From assembly GCA_963780185.1 (NCBI GenBank), contig CAWABA010000010.1, forward strand, positions 1 through 64,000: 64,000 nt of DNA. Direction: 5' to 3'. This document shows positions 19,275-30,058 of the stretch, in pieces (the first letter of the stretch is position 1; each line of letters opens with the position of its first letter). Both the position numbers and the translations under genes were made by a program. Source of the DNA: Candidatus Bathyarchaeota archaeon (GTDB lineage Archaea; Thermoproteota; Bathyarchaeia; Bathyarchaeales; Bathycorpusculaceae). Below the pieces are notes generated by a model, which had not been told where the DNA came from, made no database searches, and saw only the letters and a program-made list of their open reading frames with translations.

Positions 19275-20234
19275 GTGAATCACTTGCAGAAAGTAACTAT
19301 AACGGCTCCAGCGCACCTGCATGCAGGCAACTTCGATTTAACAGGCGACCTAGGAAGACTCTACGGGACCGTCGGTTTCGCTATTGAGCTTCCGCTTGAA
19401 GTTGAGGTTGCAAAAGCGAAAGGCATCCACGCTGAAGACAAGTCAGCACTCAAGTTTGCCAAGCGTTTCGTCGAAAAATTCAGCTTGGAAGGCGCCGAAG
19501 TAAAAATCAACAAGGAAATCCCGCGTTTTGTCGGCGTCGGATTCCACACAACCCTCGCCCTCTCCATCGGCATCGGCTTGTCAAAACTCTACGACTTAGA
19601 CCTGACGGTGGAGGATGTCTCTTTAATCATGGGCAGAGGAACCATCACCGCGATGGGCGTTTACGCCTTCAAAGCCGGTGGCTTCATCGTGGAAGGAGGC
19701 TTCAAAGTTGACAGCCGAACAAAAATGGTGCCCCCGCTCATATTCCACGGCGCCGTTCCCAAAAACTGGTATTTTGTAGTTGCCATCCCCAACGAGTCAA
19801 GGCAGAAAATCGCGGAGATGAGAGAGAACGAAGATGAAATATTGGGCAACCTCAAAGTGATGCCTAAAGAGCTGTCCGATGAGCTTTCCAGACTCGTTTT
19901 AGTCAAGCTTATGCCTGCCTTCGTCGAAAAAGACCTCCAATCCTTCGGCGAAGCATTAACCGCGTTTAACTCGAAGCTTGGCAAATTCTGGAGAAGCTAC
20001 CAGGAAAGCACCTACTGCAACCAAGTTGTTGAAGAAGGCATAAAAATCATGCTCCGCCACAGCACCCTGGCTTGCCAAACCTCTTGGGGTCCAACCCATT
20101 ACTCCATCGTCAAAGGCAAACGCGCCGCAGAAAACTTAGCGTTGGAGCTAGAGCAGTTTATGGATAAGAACGGCGGCGGAGAAATCTACGTTACCCAAGC
20201 AAGCAATCATGGAGCGGTTGTTCTGAAGGCTTAA
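19275..20234 (+). CDS. Beta-ribofuranosylaminobenzene 5'-phosphate (RFAP) synthase family, divergent copy
   Basis: PAHLHAG..DL.G.LGRLYG, GGFIVEGG, QTSWGPT (GHMP fold). Confidence 0.85.
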   Translation: MNHLQKVTITAPAHLHAGNFDLTGDLGRLYGTVGFAIELPLEVEVAKAKGIHAEDKSALKFAKRFVEKFSLEGAEVKINKEIPRFVGVGFHTTLALSIGIGLSKLYDLDLTVEDVSLIMGRGTITAMGVYAFKAGGFIVEGGFKVDSRTKMVPPLIFHGAVPKNWYFVVAIPNESRQKIAEMRENEDEILGNLKVMPKELSDELSRLVLVKLMPAFVEKDLQSFGEALTAFNSKLGKFWRSYQESTYCNQVVEEGIKIMLRHSTLACQTSWGPTHYSIVKGKRAAENLALELEQFMDKNGGGEIYVTQASNHGAVVLKA

Positions 20235-20236
20235 GC

Positions 20237-21406
20237 ATGGTTAAGGCTGTCGGGATAGACTCGGGAACAAAAACGATGGATATCTACGGCTTCGACGACC
20301 AAGACGGCAGCGTGCTGGTTGATTTTGCGCTGTCCCGAGAAGAAGTCACCAAGAACCCCAGCCTCGTAATCGATAAACTCAAAGAAATCCAGAAAAACCA
20401 CGGCAGAATCGACGCGGTTGCGGGACCTGCGGGTTATGGTTTGCCGCTTCAACGCGCCAAAGACGCAAGCCTCGAAGACATCGCCCTGGCAACCTTCATA
20501 ACCCCGGCTGACGTCGAACGCAAACTCAAAATCGTCGGCCTCAGACAACTCATGCAGCTCATGAAAAACACCCCAGAATTGAACATCTGGTTCACTCCCT
20601 CGGTGATTCAGCTGCCGACAGTTCCCGAATACAGAAAAGCCAACCGAGTCGACATGGGCACCAACGACAAGGTTCCAAGCGCCATTTTAGCCGTGAAAGA
20701 CCAAGCAGAGCGCCTAAAAATCAGCTACAACCAAACCAACCTAATCGTCGTGGAAATAGGCTATGCGTACACGTCGGCTATGGCGGTGAAAAATGGTCAA
20801 ATAGTTGACGCTATGGCTGGAACAGCGGGGTTTCCTTCTTTCCTCGGCATGGGGTTCCTCGACGGCGAACTCACCTACGGCTTAGCCAACACCGTGAAAA
20901 ATTTTTCGAAGCTTACCCTGTTCGCGGGCGGAGCAGCGGCGGTCGCCGGATTCGACACATCCAAACCACTTGAAGAATTCATTGAAGACGCAAAAACAAG
21001 CGGAAAAATCAAGGCTGGCTTAGATTTGATGCTTGAATCCGTAGTTAAAGACGTCGCATCCCTTTTGCCCTCCGTCAAACCCACGGAAATAGTTCTTAGC
21101 GGAAGATTTTCAAAGATTCCCCAGTTTTACGCGTTGGCGGAAAAGCGGCTTAGGGGTTTCTTTGGCGAAATCGGGTCAAAAATCGATGTGGTCAAGCTTG
21201 AAGGCAACGCAAAAATCGCCAAAGGCGCCGCTGAAGGAGCAGCGATACTCGCAAACGGCATAGCCCACGGAAAATATGAGCCGATCGTTGACGTCATGAG
21301 GCTTAGGGAAAGCAAAGGCGGAATATTCGACCACCTTTACTTGGATGAGAAAACCAAGAAGGCGCTTGAAGTCTTCAAAAAATACTTAGTGCGTTTTCCC
21401 GTTTAA
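20237..21406 (+). CDS. DUF1464 family protein (ASKHA/butyrate-kinase-like)
   Basis: GIDSGTKTMD, GPAGYGLP, RKANRVDMGTNDK, AAEGAAILANG. Confidence 0.8.
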   Translation: MVKAVGIDSGTKTMDIYGFDDQDGSVLVDFALSREEVTKNPSLVIDKLKEIQKNHGRIDAVAGPAGYGLPLQRAKDASLEDIALATFITPADVERKLKIVGLRQLMQLMKNTPELNIWFTPSVIQLPTVPEYRKANRVDMGTNDKVPSAILAVKDQAERLKISYNQTNLIVVEIGYAYTSAMAVKNGQIVDAMAGTAGFPSFLGMGFLDGELTYGLANTVKNFSKLTLFAGGAAAVAGFDTSKPLEEFIEDAKTSGKIKAGLDLMLESVVKDVASLLPSVKPTEIVLSGRFSKIPQFYALAEKRLRGFFGEIGSKIDVVKLEGNAKIAKGAAEGAAILANGIAHGKYEPIVDVMRLRESKGGIFDHLYLDEKTKKALEVFKKYLVRFPV

Positions 21407-22174
21407 GCTAGTTTCTTTAGGTCTTGGGGCTTGATGTTTCGGAAGCCTCTGATTTCTTCGCCGCCCCCCGTCACGTTGAAAAGCTCGATGTTTTTCTGCT
21501 GTCTGCTGCGCCAGCCACTCCAGCAACTCTCGGCTAATCCTGAGCTTCTCCCGTTTCACCGCAAGCGATTTCACCTGCAGCTTAGAATATTTGCCGACGA
21601 CCGACCCGAAATCCATCCCCGCCAACACAATCGTTTTGGCGCCCATGGCTGCTGCAAGAAAGACCGCTCGGTCCCCGTCGGTGAAACCCAAAAAATTGTA
21701 GACGTTGGGGCGCGGCTCAACCTGTGTGCTTCCGACCGCCGAAGAGAATTCGGGGACAAACCGTTTTAGCTGCTCGATGTTGTCGCCGTGGGCATGGATA
21801 ACTATGATTGCGTCTTGCCGCTGAGCCGACACGATGTCGCTTACTATGCCGTCCAAGTCGGTTACAATCACGTCTGGAACAGCTTTCGCCTGCAATAGCG
21901 CAGTTGTCGCGCCATCAGCCACCACAGTCACAAAATCAGGCAGCACGCCTTCACACATGACCTGTTTGAGGTTTTCCTCCAGAGATGGTCCCGCGCCGAA
22001 CACCAGAACCTTACGATTTGAAATGCAATCCCTCAGCTTAGATGGGTCAGTGGCTTTTCCAGCTAGCAGTTTGCTCAGTAGGTCAGCGGCAGACTGGTCT
22101 TCTGCTTGGCTGTAGTCGAACGTCTCAACAATTCTGCGGTACCACGGCCACCAATCCTTCAAACCAAGCTCCAC
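21403..22174 (-). CDS. mptE: 6-hydroxymethyl-7,8-dihydropterin pyrophosphokinase (frameshift near 21500)
   Basis: GAGPSL, ADGA, VTDLDG, HAHGDN, GFTDGDRA, GMDFG; the alternative frame gives the typical C-terminus ELFNVTGGG...KKLA*. Confidence 0.88.
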
Positions 22175-22193
22175 GTTTATCCCCCTGCATTGA

Positions 22194-23165
22194 CTACGAA
22201 GTTGTTTTGACATACGCCCCTTTATTGTTGGCGCCCACCCAAAACACTTGCCCGCCCGTTTTTTTCTCCAAAAACCCCCGCAGCCCCAACGCAAGTTTTT
22301 CCGCTGCACTTTTGCCTTCGACAAGCCCGTAAACTGTTGGTCCCCAAGAACTTTGTCCCACTCCAAACGCCCCGTTCTCCAACATGTATTTGATGCTTTC
22401 GCCCGAGGGGGAACTGGAGAACCTGCCGCCTTGAGCTGGCGCGAAGCAGTTGCCAACCAAGTTTTGAATCTGGGTCAATGCGGCGCCGAAGGTTGCTATG
22501 TCTTTCTCTTTCAGCGCGGGCAGAAGAGACATCAAAATCAAGCGGCTTATGCGTCCCGCCTGCGCCGCGGACATAGGCGGCAAACTCCCAAACGCATGCG
22601 CCTCCGCCTCGCCCGACAACCCGCCCTTAACCTGCGGAATAGCCACGGCGAAGAACCAGTCGTCGGGGAAATTGGATTGAAATATCGCTGGCGGAAGGCT
22701 GTTCCAAGTTGGGTTCGGCTTGTTTTTTTGGCTTTTGACTCCGCCCTCGACCACAAACCCGCCACGCTCAAAAAGTGCCGTTCCGACACCTGAGACTCCG
22801 CCTCTTCCCAAGGCTTTGGAAAGCTCCCCCGCTGAAGCCTTTATGCCAAATAGTTTCGCGAGGGCAGTGGCGGTGGCTAAGGCAAGCTGGGTTCCTGAGC
22901 CTAACCCGACGTGCTGAGGAATAGTCTGCTTAACTTTTACGGCTACTTCGGGTAAATCGTATTTTTTGAGGAAAAGCTCAACCCACGGCTTCACAAGCTC
23001 GCTTTTTTCCCCTTCAACGGCGAACCGTTCTGATTTTTCAGCTTCAACAACCACATACGGCTGGGTTATGGCAACCCCCATGCCGCCGAAGAGCCGCCCC
23101 AAATCGCCTCCTAAATCGATAAGTCCCAAATGAAGCCTAGCCGAAGCCCTAACGCAAACCTTCAT
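22194..23165 (-). CDS. mptG: RFAP synthase (canonical copy)
   Basis: ARLHLGLIDL, PQHVGLGSGTQL, GRGGVSGVG, GGFVVEGG, GQSSWGPT. Confidence 0.88.
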   Translation of the reverse strand: MKVCVRASARLHLGLIDLGGDLGRLFGGMGVAITQPYVVVEAEKSERFAVEGEKSELVKPWVELFLKKYDLPEVAVKVKQTIPQHVGLGSGTQLALATATALAKLFGIKASAGELSKALGRGGVSGVGTALFERGGFVVEGGVKSQKNKPNPTWNSLPPAIFQSNFPDDWFFAVAIPQVKGGLSGEAEAHAFGSLPPMSAAQAGRISRLILMSLLPALKEKDIATFGAALTQIQNLVGNCFAPAQGGRFSSSPSGESIKYMLENGAFGVGQSSWGPTVYGLVEGKSAAEKLALGLRGFLEKKTGGQVFWVGANNKGAYVKTTS

Positions 23166-23419
23166 CCATTCACGCCTAACTACCCTAAACTCCACAATCA
23201 CCTAATATGTAAATTGGACGGTTTCTTAAAATGCTCAGTTAAAAAAACCAACAAGTTGGTTAATCTTCCATCATCAACATCACAATTCACCTAATGGTCA
23301 ACAGGCACCAACATTTCTGCCTCCAAGTTTTACACCCAAATTCAGGACTGACTCAAGCCTAACTGCGCGGGTTCTAAATTCAGCGAAAAGAAACTTTCGA
23401 AACGATAAATGGCGACGCC

Positions 23420-23536
23420 TCAGATGCTGTGTTCCCATATTTTGCCGTCATGAACCTCTTGTCGATGAAGCCACAGTTCACGCGGGTTGGAGCAGACCTG
23501 TTTGCATACGGGGCACTTGAATCCTTGATTCTGCAT
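23420..23536 (-). CDS. Putative 38-aa C2H2 zinc-finger microprotein
   Basis: FKCPVCKQVCSNPRELWLHRQEVH matches the C2H2 pattern. Confidence 0.55.
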   Translation of the reverse strand: MQNQGFKCPVCKQVCSNPRELWLHRQEVHDGKIWEHSI

Positions 23537-23716
23537 TGTCAAAACCTTATCCGAAACTATCCATTGAGCAGGTATATTAAACAATGTGACTGTATCGGTA
23601 CAGCAGCAAACGAGCAAGCGCTACTGAATTGTATGCGACCTGTTAGCGCAAGGTTTAACCAACGAAAAAGATAGACAGTAAGTAAATTGAGTTGAAAGAG
23701 GAGACGGGTAAGGAAG

Positions 23717-25900
23717 ATGCACATAAAAATTTTAAGCAAAAACGGTGCGCGGCGCGCGGTTCTTTCGTCGTTATTTATAGGAATCTTCCTGATTTCTGCT
23801 TTAAGTTCGATACAAGTCACCCGCGCTGCATATCCACCGATACCAGTCGGCAATGCGCCTTTTGGAGTTGCTTTTGCGTCATCTAACAACGACATATACG
23901 TTGCCAACGAGGGCGATGCTAATATCTCCGTGATAAGCACGTCAACCAACACGGTTGTTAGCACGATAGCAGTCGGCAGTTTCCCTTTTGGCGTTGCTTT
24001 TGCATCATCTAACAACGACATATACGTGACAAACTATGGCTCTCACTCGGTTTCCGTGATAAATGCGTCAACTAACACGGTTGTCAGCACGATAGCAGTC
24101 GGCATTAACCCTGCTGGAGTTGCTTTTGCATCATCTAACGGCGACATATACGTGGTCAACTATTTCGCTGGTACGGTTTCCGTGATAAGCACCTCAAACA
24201 ATACGGTTGTCGGATTGCCGATACCAGTCGGCAGTTACCCTTGGGGAGTTGCTTTTGCGCCATCTAACGGTGACATATACGTGACAAACTCGGTTGATGG
24301 TACAGTCTCCGTGATAAGCACATCAACCAACACGGTTGTTGGGTCACCGATACTAGTCGGCAATGGTCCTTTAGGAGTTGCTTTTTCGCCATCTAACAAC
24401 GACATATATGTGGCCAACAGTGGCGATGGTACGGTCTCCGTGATAGATACGTCAAGTAACACAGTTGTCGGGTCGCCGATAACAGTCGGCACTTGGCCTT
24501 ATGGAGCTGCTTTCGCGTCATCTAACGGCGACATGTACGTGACAAACCACTATGATGGTACGGTCTCCGTGATAAACACCTCAACTAACACGGTTGTAGG
24601 GTCGCCGCTAACAGTCGGCAAAGCACCTTGGGAAGTTGCTTTCGCGCCATCTAACAACGGCATATACGTAGCCAACGAGGGCTCTAATACGGTCTCCTTT
24701 ATTCCCTTGCTTGGTGTTTCTGTCTCGCCTAGTTCTGCTACGTTGGATGTTGGCCAACCTCAACTGTTTACCGCTACTGCTAGTGGCGGTTCTGGTTCTT
24801 ACTCGTCTTCTACGGGGTATCAGTGGTATGTGGGTGGGGTATCTCAGAGTGGTCAGACTGCCTCAACTTTCAGTTATTCTCCTGGTTCTGCGGGTTCTTA
24901 CTCGATCACTGCGACGGTCACTGACAGTTCAAGCACAACTTCACCTCAGTGTACTGCCGCAACAGTTACGGTACATGCTTCGCCAACCGTGAGTATCGCG
25001 CCTGCTGGCCCATTTACTATGGATGTTGGACAAGGTCAAGCTTTCACCGCTACTCCTAATGGCGGTTCAGGTTCTCTGACTTATCAGTGGTATTTGGACA
25101 GCTCTGCGGTTGGCACCAACAGCGCAGGCTACTCTTATACTGCCGCGGCGGGTTCGCATTCGGTTACTTGTACGGTAACAGATAGCGCTTCTACTCCGGT
25201 TACTTCTCCCGTTTCCAATGCTGTCTCAATTACGGTGAATTCTGCTTTGGCTGCAACGGTTATTTCTGTAGATAAGGCTGCGGTTGATCAGGGTCAGACG
25301 GCTCACTTTTCTATTTCCACGGCTGCTTCGGGTGGCACAACACCCTTTACTTATTTGTGGCTTCAGAAGGCTCCAGCTGGCTCATTTGTTTCTACGGGCG
25401 TAACTAGTCAGGCTTTCAGTTTTGCGCCTGATGTTTCTGCGGCTGTGGGAACTTGGAGTTTTGAGCTTCAAGTGACTGACAGCGCAGGTACCCCAGTTGT
25501 GGTTACATCCAATGTTATCGCTATTACTGTGGCTGCTTCCCCTACCGTTTCTATTGCTCCTGTTGGTCCGCTTGCTTTGACTGTTGGTCAGGTTCAAGCG
25601 TTCACTGCAACGCCAAGCGGAGGGTCAGGTACACTGAGTTATCAGTGGTACTTGGACGGTGTAGCTGTTGGCTCTAACAGTGCAAGCTACTCTTATACTG
25701 CTGCGGGGACTTCGCATACAGTTACTTGCCAGGTGACCGATAGCGCATCCACGCCAGTAACTTCTCCTGCTTCCAACGTGGTTTCTGTCACGGTGTCATC
25801 TGCCATTCCAGAGTCTCCCGAGCTATTGCTGGGAATTGCGTTGGTTTTCTCAACAATCATAGCCTTGTCTGGGTTATCATCGAAAAGAAGAAAATCATAA
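23717..25900 (+). CDS. YVTN beta-propeller plus PKD/Ig-like surface protein with PES-CTERM signal
   Basis: Seven ~43-aa repeats (IYVTN...VSVI...VG..P.GVAF), four Ig-like modules (YQWY), AIPES + TM + KRRK. Confidence 0.9.
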   Translation: MHIKILSKNGARRAVLSSLFIGIFLISALSSIQVTRAAYPPIPVGNAPFGVAFASSNNDIYVANEGDANISVISTSTNTVVSTIAVGSFPFGVAFASSNNDIYVTNYGSHSVSVINASTNTVVSTIAVGINPAGVAFASSNGDIYVVNYFAGTVSVISTSNNTVVGLPIPVGSYPWGVAFAPSNGDIYVTNSVDGTVSVISTSTNTVVGSPILVGNGPLGVAFSPSNNDIYVANSGDGTVSVIDTSSNTVVGSPITVGTWPYGAAFASSNGDMYVTNHYDGTVSVINTSTNTVVGSPLTVGKAPWEVAFAPSNNGIYVANEGSNTVSFIPLLGVSVSPSSATLDVGQPQLFTATASGGSGSYSSSTGYQWYVGGVSQSGQTASTFSYSPGSAGSYSITATVTDSSSTTSPQCTAATVTVHASPTVSIAPAGPFTMDVGQGQAFTATPNGGSGSLTYQWYLDSSAVGTNSAGYSYTAAAGSHSVTCTVTDSASTPVTSPVSNAVSITVNSALAATVISVDKAAVDQGQTAHFSISTAASGGTTPFTYLWLQKAPAGSFVSTGVTSQAFSFAPDVSAAVGTWSFELQVTDSAGTPVVVTSNVIAITVAASPTVSIAPVGPLALTVGQVQAFTATPSGGSGTLSYQWYLDGVAVGSNSASYSYTAAGTSHTVTCQVTDSASTPVTSPASNVVSVTVSSAIPESPELLLGIALVFSTIIALSGLSSKRRKS

Positions 25901-25985
25901 AAGCGAAACCTGAAATTTTTTTTGCTTTTTCTGCGCACCTGTAAGGGTGTTTCTTGGTTTCTCTTAGGAAACTATTGATGCCTCT

Positions 25986-26162
25986 TTACTTTGTAGACGT
26001 GATTGCCCCTATTTCCAGGGTGCATGTGTCCTTGTCTCCAGTCTTTTTCCTTGTCTTGCATTCTTTGTAGACGACGCAGCTTTCGCAGCAGGGCGTGTTG
26101 CTTTTGGTTTGGCAATCTAAGATTATTGTTTGATCCATGATGTCCATGTTTTTTCCTCTCAT
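25986..26162 (-). CDS. Putative 58-aa Cys-rich microprotein
   Basis: MRGKNMDIMDQTIILDCQTKSNTPCCESCVVYKECKTRKKTGDKDTCTLEIGAITSTK*; AT-rich TATA-like region upstream. Confidence 0.45.
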   Translation of the reverse strand: MRGKNMDIMDQTIILDCQTKSNTPCCESCVVYKECKTRKKTGDKDTCTLEIGAITSTK

Positions 26163-26322
26163 GGCGGGTTATGGCTTTAAAGCTGCTTTTAAAACTATTC
26201 ACAATATTATATATGCATATACCATATGAAGGCGGTCTTCTATATATAAAGTATTGCCGCCAGCCCATCCCGCAAGAAAAAGTTAACAGAGAAAAACCGC
26301 TCTTAAAAAAGTTGAATGAGTT

Positions 26323-26565
26323 TTAAGATTCAGCCAAAACACCGATTAGTTTCATTTTTTCAATGGCTTCTTCACCATGAGGCGCAATTTCCAACGCCAT
26401 CGTCAGATCTTGACCAGCCTCATGCCCCAAGTGGTCCCCGTCCGTCCATTGACTGGAACTGGTTACGTCGTAAACCTTGCCTTTATATGCAAAGTAAGCT
26501 GGGTTGCCGTTCTTACCGTTAAATTTGCTAAGCTCATCCATGGTGAACTGTTGTAGTTTTTCCAA
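26323..26565 (-). CDS. Cytochrome b5-like heme/steroid-binding domain protein
   Basis: FTMDELSKFNGKNG..AYFAYKGKVYDV...H.GH.AGQDLT...APHG. Confidence 0.88.
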   Translation of the reverse strand: MEKLQQFTMDELSKFNGKNGNPAYFAYKGKVYDVTSSSQWTDGDHLGHEAGQDLTMALEIAPHGEEAIEKMKLIGVLAES

Positions 26566-26712
26566 AAATCTTAACGCTCCTTCAACACTTTTTGTACTCA
26601 AAAAGGTTAAAGAGTAAACGTGTTTTGACGGTATAACGGTTGCGGTCAAATACTAGCAAATGCACAAAACTATCATCCGGGGCTGCAGGTGTGAAAGTTT
26701 ATTGCTTACCCT

Positions 26713-27681
26713 TTACCGAAGTGTTTCCGCCGCTTTTTGTGCCCATTTCGCATCTTTCCAGATCGCTCTACCCACCGCAACCAAATCAACTTTCCCCTCT
26801 CGAACCAACATATCAGCAAATTTAGCCGAACGGATCCCACCCACGCCGACGACGGGAACCTTAACCGCCTTCTTAATCTGAGTTGCCTGCGGAATAAAGT
26901 AGCCGACGATTCGCCGAAGCTGCTTGGGTTCACTTCCACACATGCCCCCAGACACATCAATCACATCAACCCCAGCCTGCTCCAGCTGAAGGGCAAACGC
27001 GACGGAGTCTTCAATTTGGGTTCCTTGAGGAGCTAAATCATCCGATCCCAGCCTGTAGAGCAGCAACTTGTCGCCGACGCGTTCACGAACCCTCTTCACA
27101 ACTTTTAGCGGAAAACGCATTCTGTTCTCCAATGAGCCGCCGAACTCGTCTGTTCGCGTGTTCATCAGGGGCGAGAAGAACTGGTTAAGCAGATACCCGT
27201 GGGCGCCATGGAGCTCGACACCGTCAAAACCCGCTTTAACAGCGCGTTCCACCGCCAAGGCAAACTCCTCGGCTATAGCATCCATCTCGCTAACTTCTAA
27301 GCCTCTGGTTTTGCCTCGCGTAGATGGACCCGCTGGTTGAGCGCCGATGATTTTCTTGTTTGCGACGCCTCCTGCATGGGTTATCTGGATGACGGCTGGG
27401 GCGCCGACGTAGTGGATGGATGTGGCAAGTTTTTCCAAGCCACCAATAAGTGAGTCATCGTAGATTCCCAGCTGCTTTGGCCCGATCTTCCCGAACCGTG
27501 AAATGTAGGAGTGCTCGACAATCGGCATCCCGACAGCAGCCGAACGCCTTACATAGAAACTAATCACCCTGTTCGTCACTTCACCCTCAAAGGAAGCCCG
27601 ACCTGACTGCATCGGAGCCATGACAATGCGATTACGCAAAGTCACGTTTTTTAGGGGTAAGGGATCAAGAAGACCAGACAA
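26713..27681 (-). CDS. NADH:flavin oxidoreductase (Old Yellow Enzyme family)
   Basis: LRNRIVMAPM, QITHAG, AGFDGVELHGAHGYLLNQFFSP..N.RTDEFGGSLENR. Confidence 0.95.
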   Translation of the reverse strand: MSGLLDPLPLKNVTLRNRIVMAPMQSGRASFEGEVTNRVISFYVRRSAAVGMPIVEHSYISRFGKIGPKQLGIYDDSLIGGLEKLATSIHYVGAPAVIQITHAGGVANKKIIGAQPAGPSTRGKTRGLEVSEMDAIAEEFALAVERAVKAGFDGVELHGAHGYLLNQFFSPLMNTRTDEFGGSLENRMRFPLKVVKRVRERVGDKLLLYRLGSDDLAPQGTQIEDSVAFALQLEQAGVDVIDVSGGMCGSEPKQLRRIVGYFIPQATQIKKAVKVPVVGVGGIRSAKFADMLVREGKVDLVAVGRAIWKDAKWAQKAAETLR

Positions 27682-28035
27682 GCGCTCACCAATGCGATAA
27701 TGCCTTGTTTAGCAATATAAGAACCTAGTCTGATAGCGAAGTTAAATCACGAGCTTTTTAATAATGTTTGTCTGATACCTCGATAACTAATAACAAACAT
27801 TTCATAAATCTTCCTGAAATCAAATAAAACTTGCCTCCACTCATCTTCGGGTTTAGTTACCGTTTTTTCTTCCTTAGCGGAATGCTATAATACTGCAATA
27901 GCTGGTTTAGCAATTTTTGTATGTTAAAAAATTTTGCAATGGATGCTTTGGGTATATCATGAGATAATTGTTCGTAGCAGTTGCCTGCGATTTGTTCAGA
28001 ATAAATCGGTAAGTCTTTCGCTTTGAATTATCAGG

Positions 28036-29304
28036 TTAACCTATTATGTTGAAGACCAATGGTGCCGGCGGTTGATTTTCTTGGGAGTACCAAGGGGAAC
28101 GATGACTGCAGATGTAGCGTTCATTGATTTTTTTGCCTTGACCTTGCAAGAAATAGGTCCAAAGGGCGGGATACGTTCTTTTAACTACATCTTCAGATAG
28201 GTCGCAAGAAAGTAATAAGAGTCGCTGCTCTACAAGATGGGTTCCCTTTTTGGTTGGTTTCAATTTTGTTTATGTTAAGATTTCTAGGAGGCGCCAGCAA
28301 GGGTTTGAGAAATTGCTTTGGAATCTCGAGTTTTTCGGCTTTTTCTTGAGATAACACAAAAAAATCGTTCGCGCCTGTAGCAATGCCGCGCTTGATTACG
28401 AAGAAATCCCCCAGATTTTTGCCGCTGTTTTCGGTTATATCATGGTAAATATTTGGGGAATCCTGACCATTTATTCAGCACCTGCTAACGTTACAGAGAG
28501 AAATTTGCTTCGAAATAGCGGGTTTTAGCAGAGTACCGCCATAACTAAACTCAACGGCATAGTTGGTTGGGGGAAGACTTCGTTTTTAAACCAAACGACA
28601 GCGGAGGAAACAAGAGCATCATTGAACTGGACCTCTGATGGATTAAACCTATGGATATGCAATAAAGTTACTTTGTTAAGGAGATATTGCTTAACTTGCT
28701 TGCCGTAATTTACATCCATAAACTCACTCGGAATTAACCATCCTGCCAAGCCTTGTTTTGACATCCAGTTATGTGAAAGCATCGAGAAAATAGCAGTACA
28801 ATCCTGAGTAACCGCTAGGCCGAATACCAACAGTTTTGGCAACTAGGTCTGCGAGTGGCCACTTTTCCTCAGTCGCCATAGCTTGATGGCGAACGTAGGG
28901 CGGATTGCAAATAATAAGATTAAACTTTTCGCCCTCTGTTTTTGGTATTGACCCACGAGTAAAATCAGCAAGATGAAGATCAAGAGTGGGAACGTGGTTC
29001 CAAAGATTCATCGCCGCAGGACAAGATATGTTTCATCGATTTCCACCCCGACTGCTTCCTTTATTTGGTTGCTGGAAAAGACATTCATAAGAGCTGAGTA
29101 GAAAGCGCCAGTTCCGAAGGCAGGGTCAAGAAAATAGATTTCTTGTTTGTCTAAAATATTGGCTGCATATTGTATAATTTCTTTCGCTAGGGGCATCGGG
29201 GTAGCGAATTGACCCATCTTTCTTCTTGTTTCACGCAATTTTTGAGAATCGATATTTTTTTGGCTCTCTAAGCGTGAAAGCTCAATTAGATCGTTTGAAA
29301 CCAT
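28036..29304 (-). pseudogene. Fragmented N6-adenine DNA methyltransferase (gamma class, Eco57I/XamI-associated type)
   Basis: GQFATP, LDPAFGTG, NPPYVRH, LIPSEFMDVNYG, KRGIATGANDFF and RSPWYSQE are spread over several frames, and the C-terminus is truncated. Confidence 0.85.
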
Positions 29305-29306
29305 TG

Positions 29307-30017
29307 TCAGAGTCCGAACTCCGTTAAATCATCTATACGATGTTCCCAAACCCAGTCCATACCCTCTGAAGCTTCATAGCCTAAGTATCCAGGGTTAAAG
29401 TAACCGCATAAGAACAAAATGTAACGCAAGTTTTTTCCATAGGTGGCTTGCAACTGGCTTATTTTGATTCCCTCTTCTTTTTGGCGCTTGTTCGGATTGG
29501 TGAAATCTCCTGCAGATTTTGCTTCGATTAGCAGGGGTAGACTTCCAGATTTAGCTGTTTTTGGCATTACGGCAATATCGACCGGAATATTGATCTTTTT
29601 TGACCCAGAGGATAACTTTACATGAATGATTAAATGGAAAGTGAAGGTCCCAGGCTCAATTTTATCAAACATAGTTGCGTTTGATTCTACGAAGCGATAC
29701 TGTCGGTATTCTAGCCACTTCTTTATGGAATCAAGTTGCCTTTTTTCCTGCGCATTTCGAATTATTGGATCCGACTGAGATCGACAGAGACGATCAGCTA
29801 CAACAGTGGCTGCCCGGAAAGCTTCTTTTTCATCAGGTATGGTTTTTGTTTCAAGCCAAGGAAAAATATCTTTGTCAGACAGTCTCATGATCAGGTTGCT
29901 TATTTTTTCAAGCTCATTCTCGAGATTTATTCCCTTCATCTTGGGAGAGATTCTCTTATGGCTTATTCCACATAGAAAGTGCGAGTAGCGCCTGTATGTT
30001 GATCTATGTTGTTTCAT
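29307..30017 (-). pseudogene. XamI-family type II restriction endonuclease, N-terminally truncated
   Basis: DIFPWL, VVADRLC, IIRNAQEKRQL, IPVD...LIEAKSAGDFTNPNKRQKEE, GYLGYEASEG.DWVWEHRI. Confidence 0.75.
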
Positions 30018-30058
30018 ATTTGGGGCGTATTAGAAGCATCTAGTAGACCGGGAGGTAG

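Noticed and set aside
21386-22456. 356-aa ORF as an N-terminally extended MptE
   Set aside because: The extension overlaps the upstream RFAP synthase in another frame; a GTG with SD at 22174 is the better start
23840-24700. ~129-bp tandem repeats as a CRISPR array or DGR repeat
   Set aside because: They are in-frame YVTN propeller blades with no unique spacers, and no cas or reverse transcriptase gene is present
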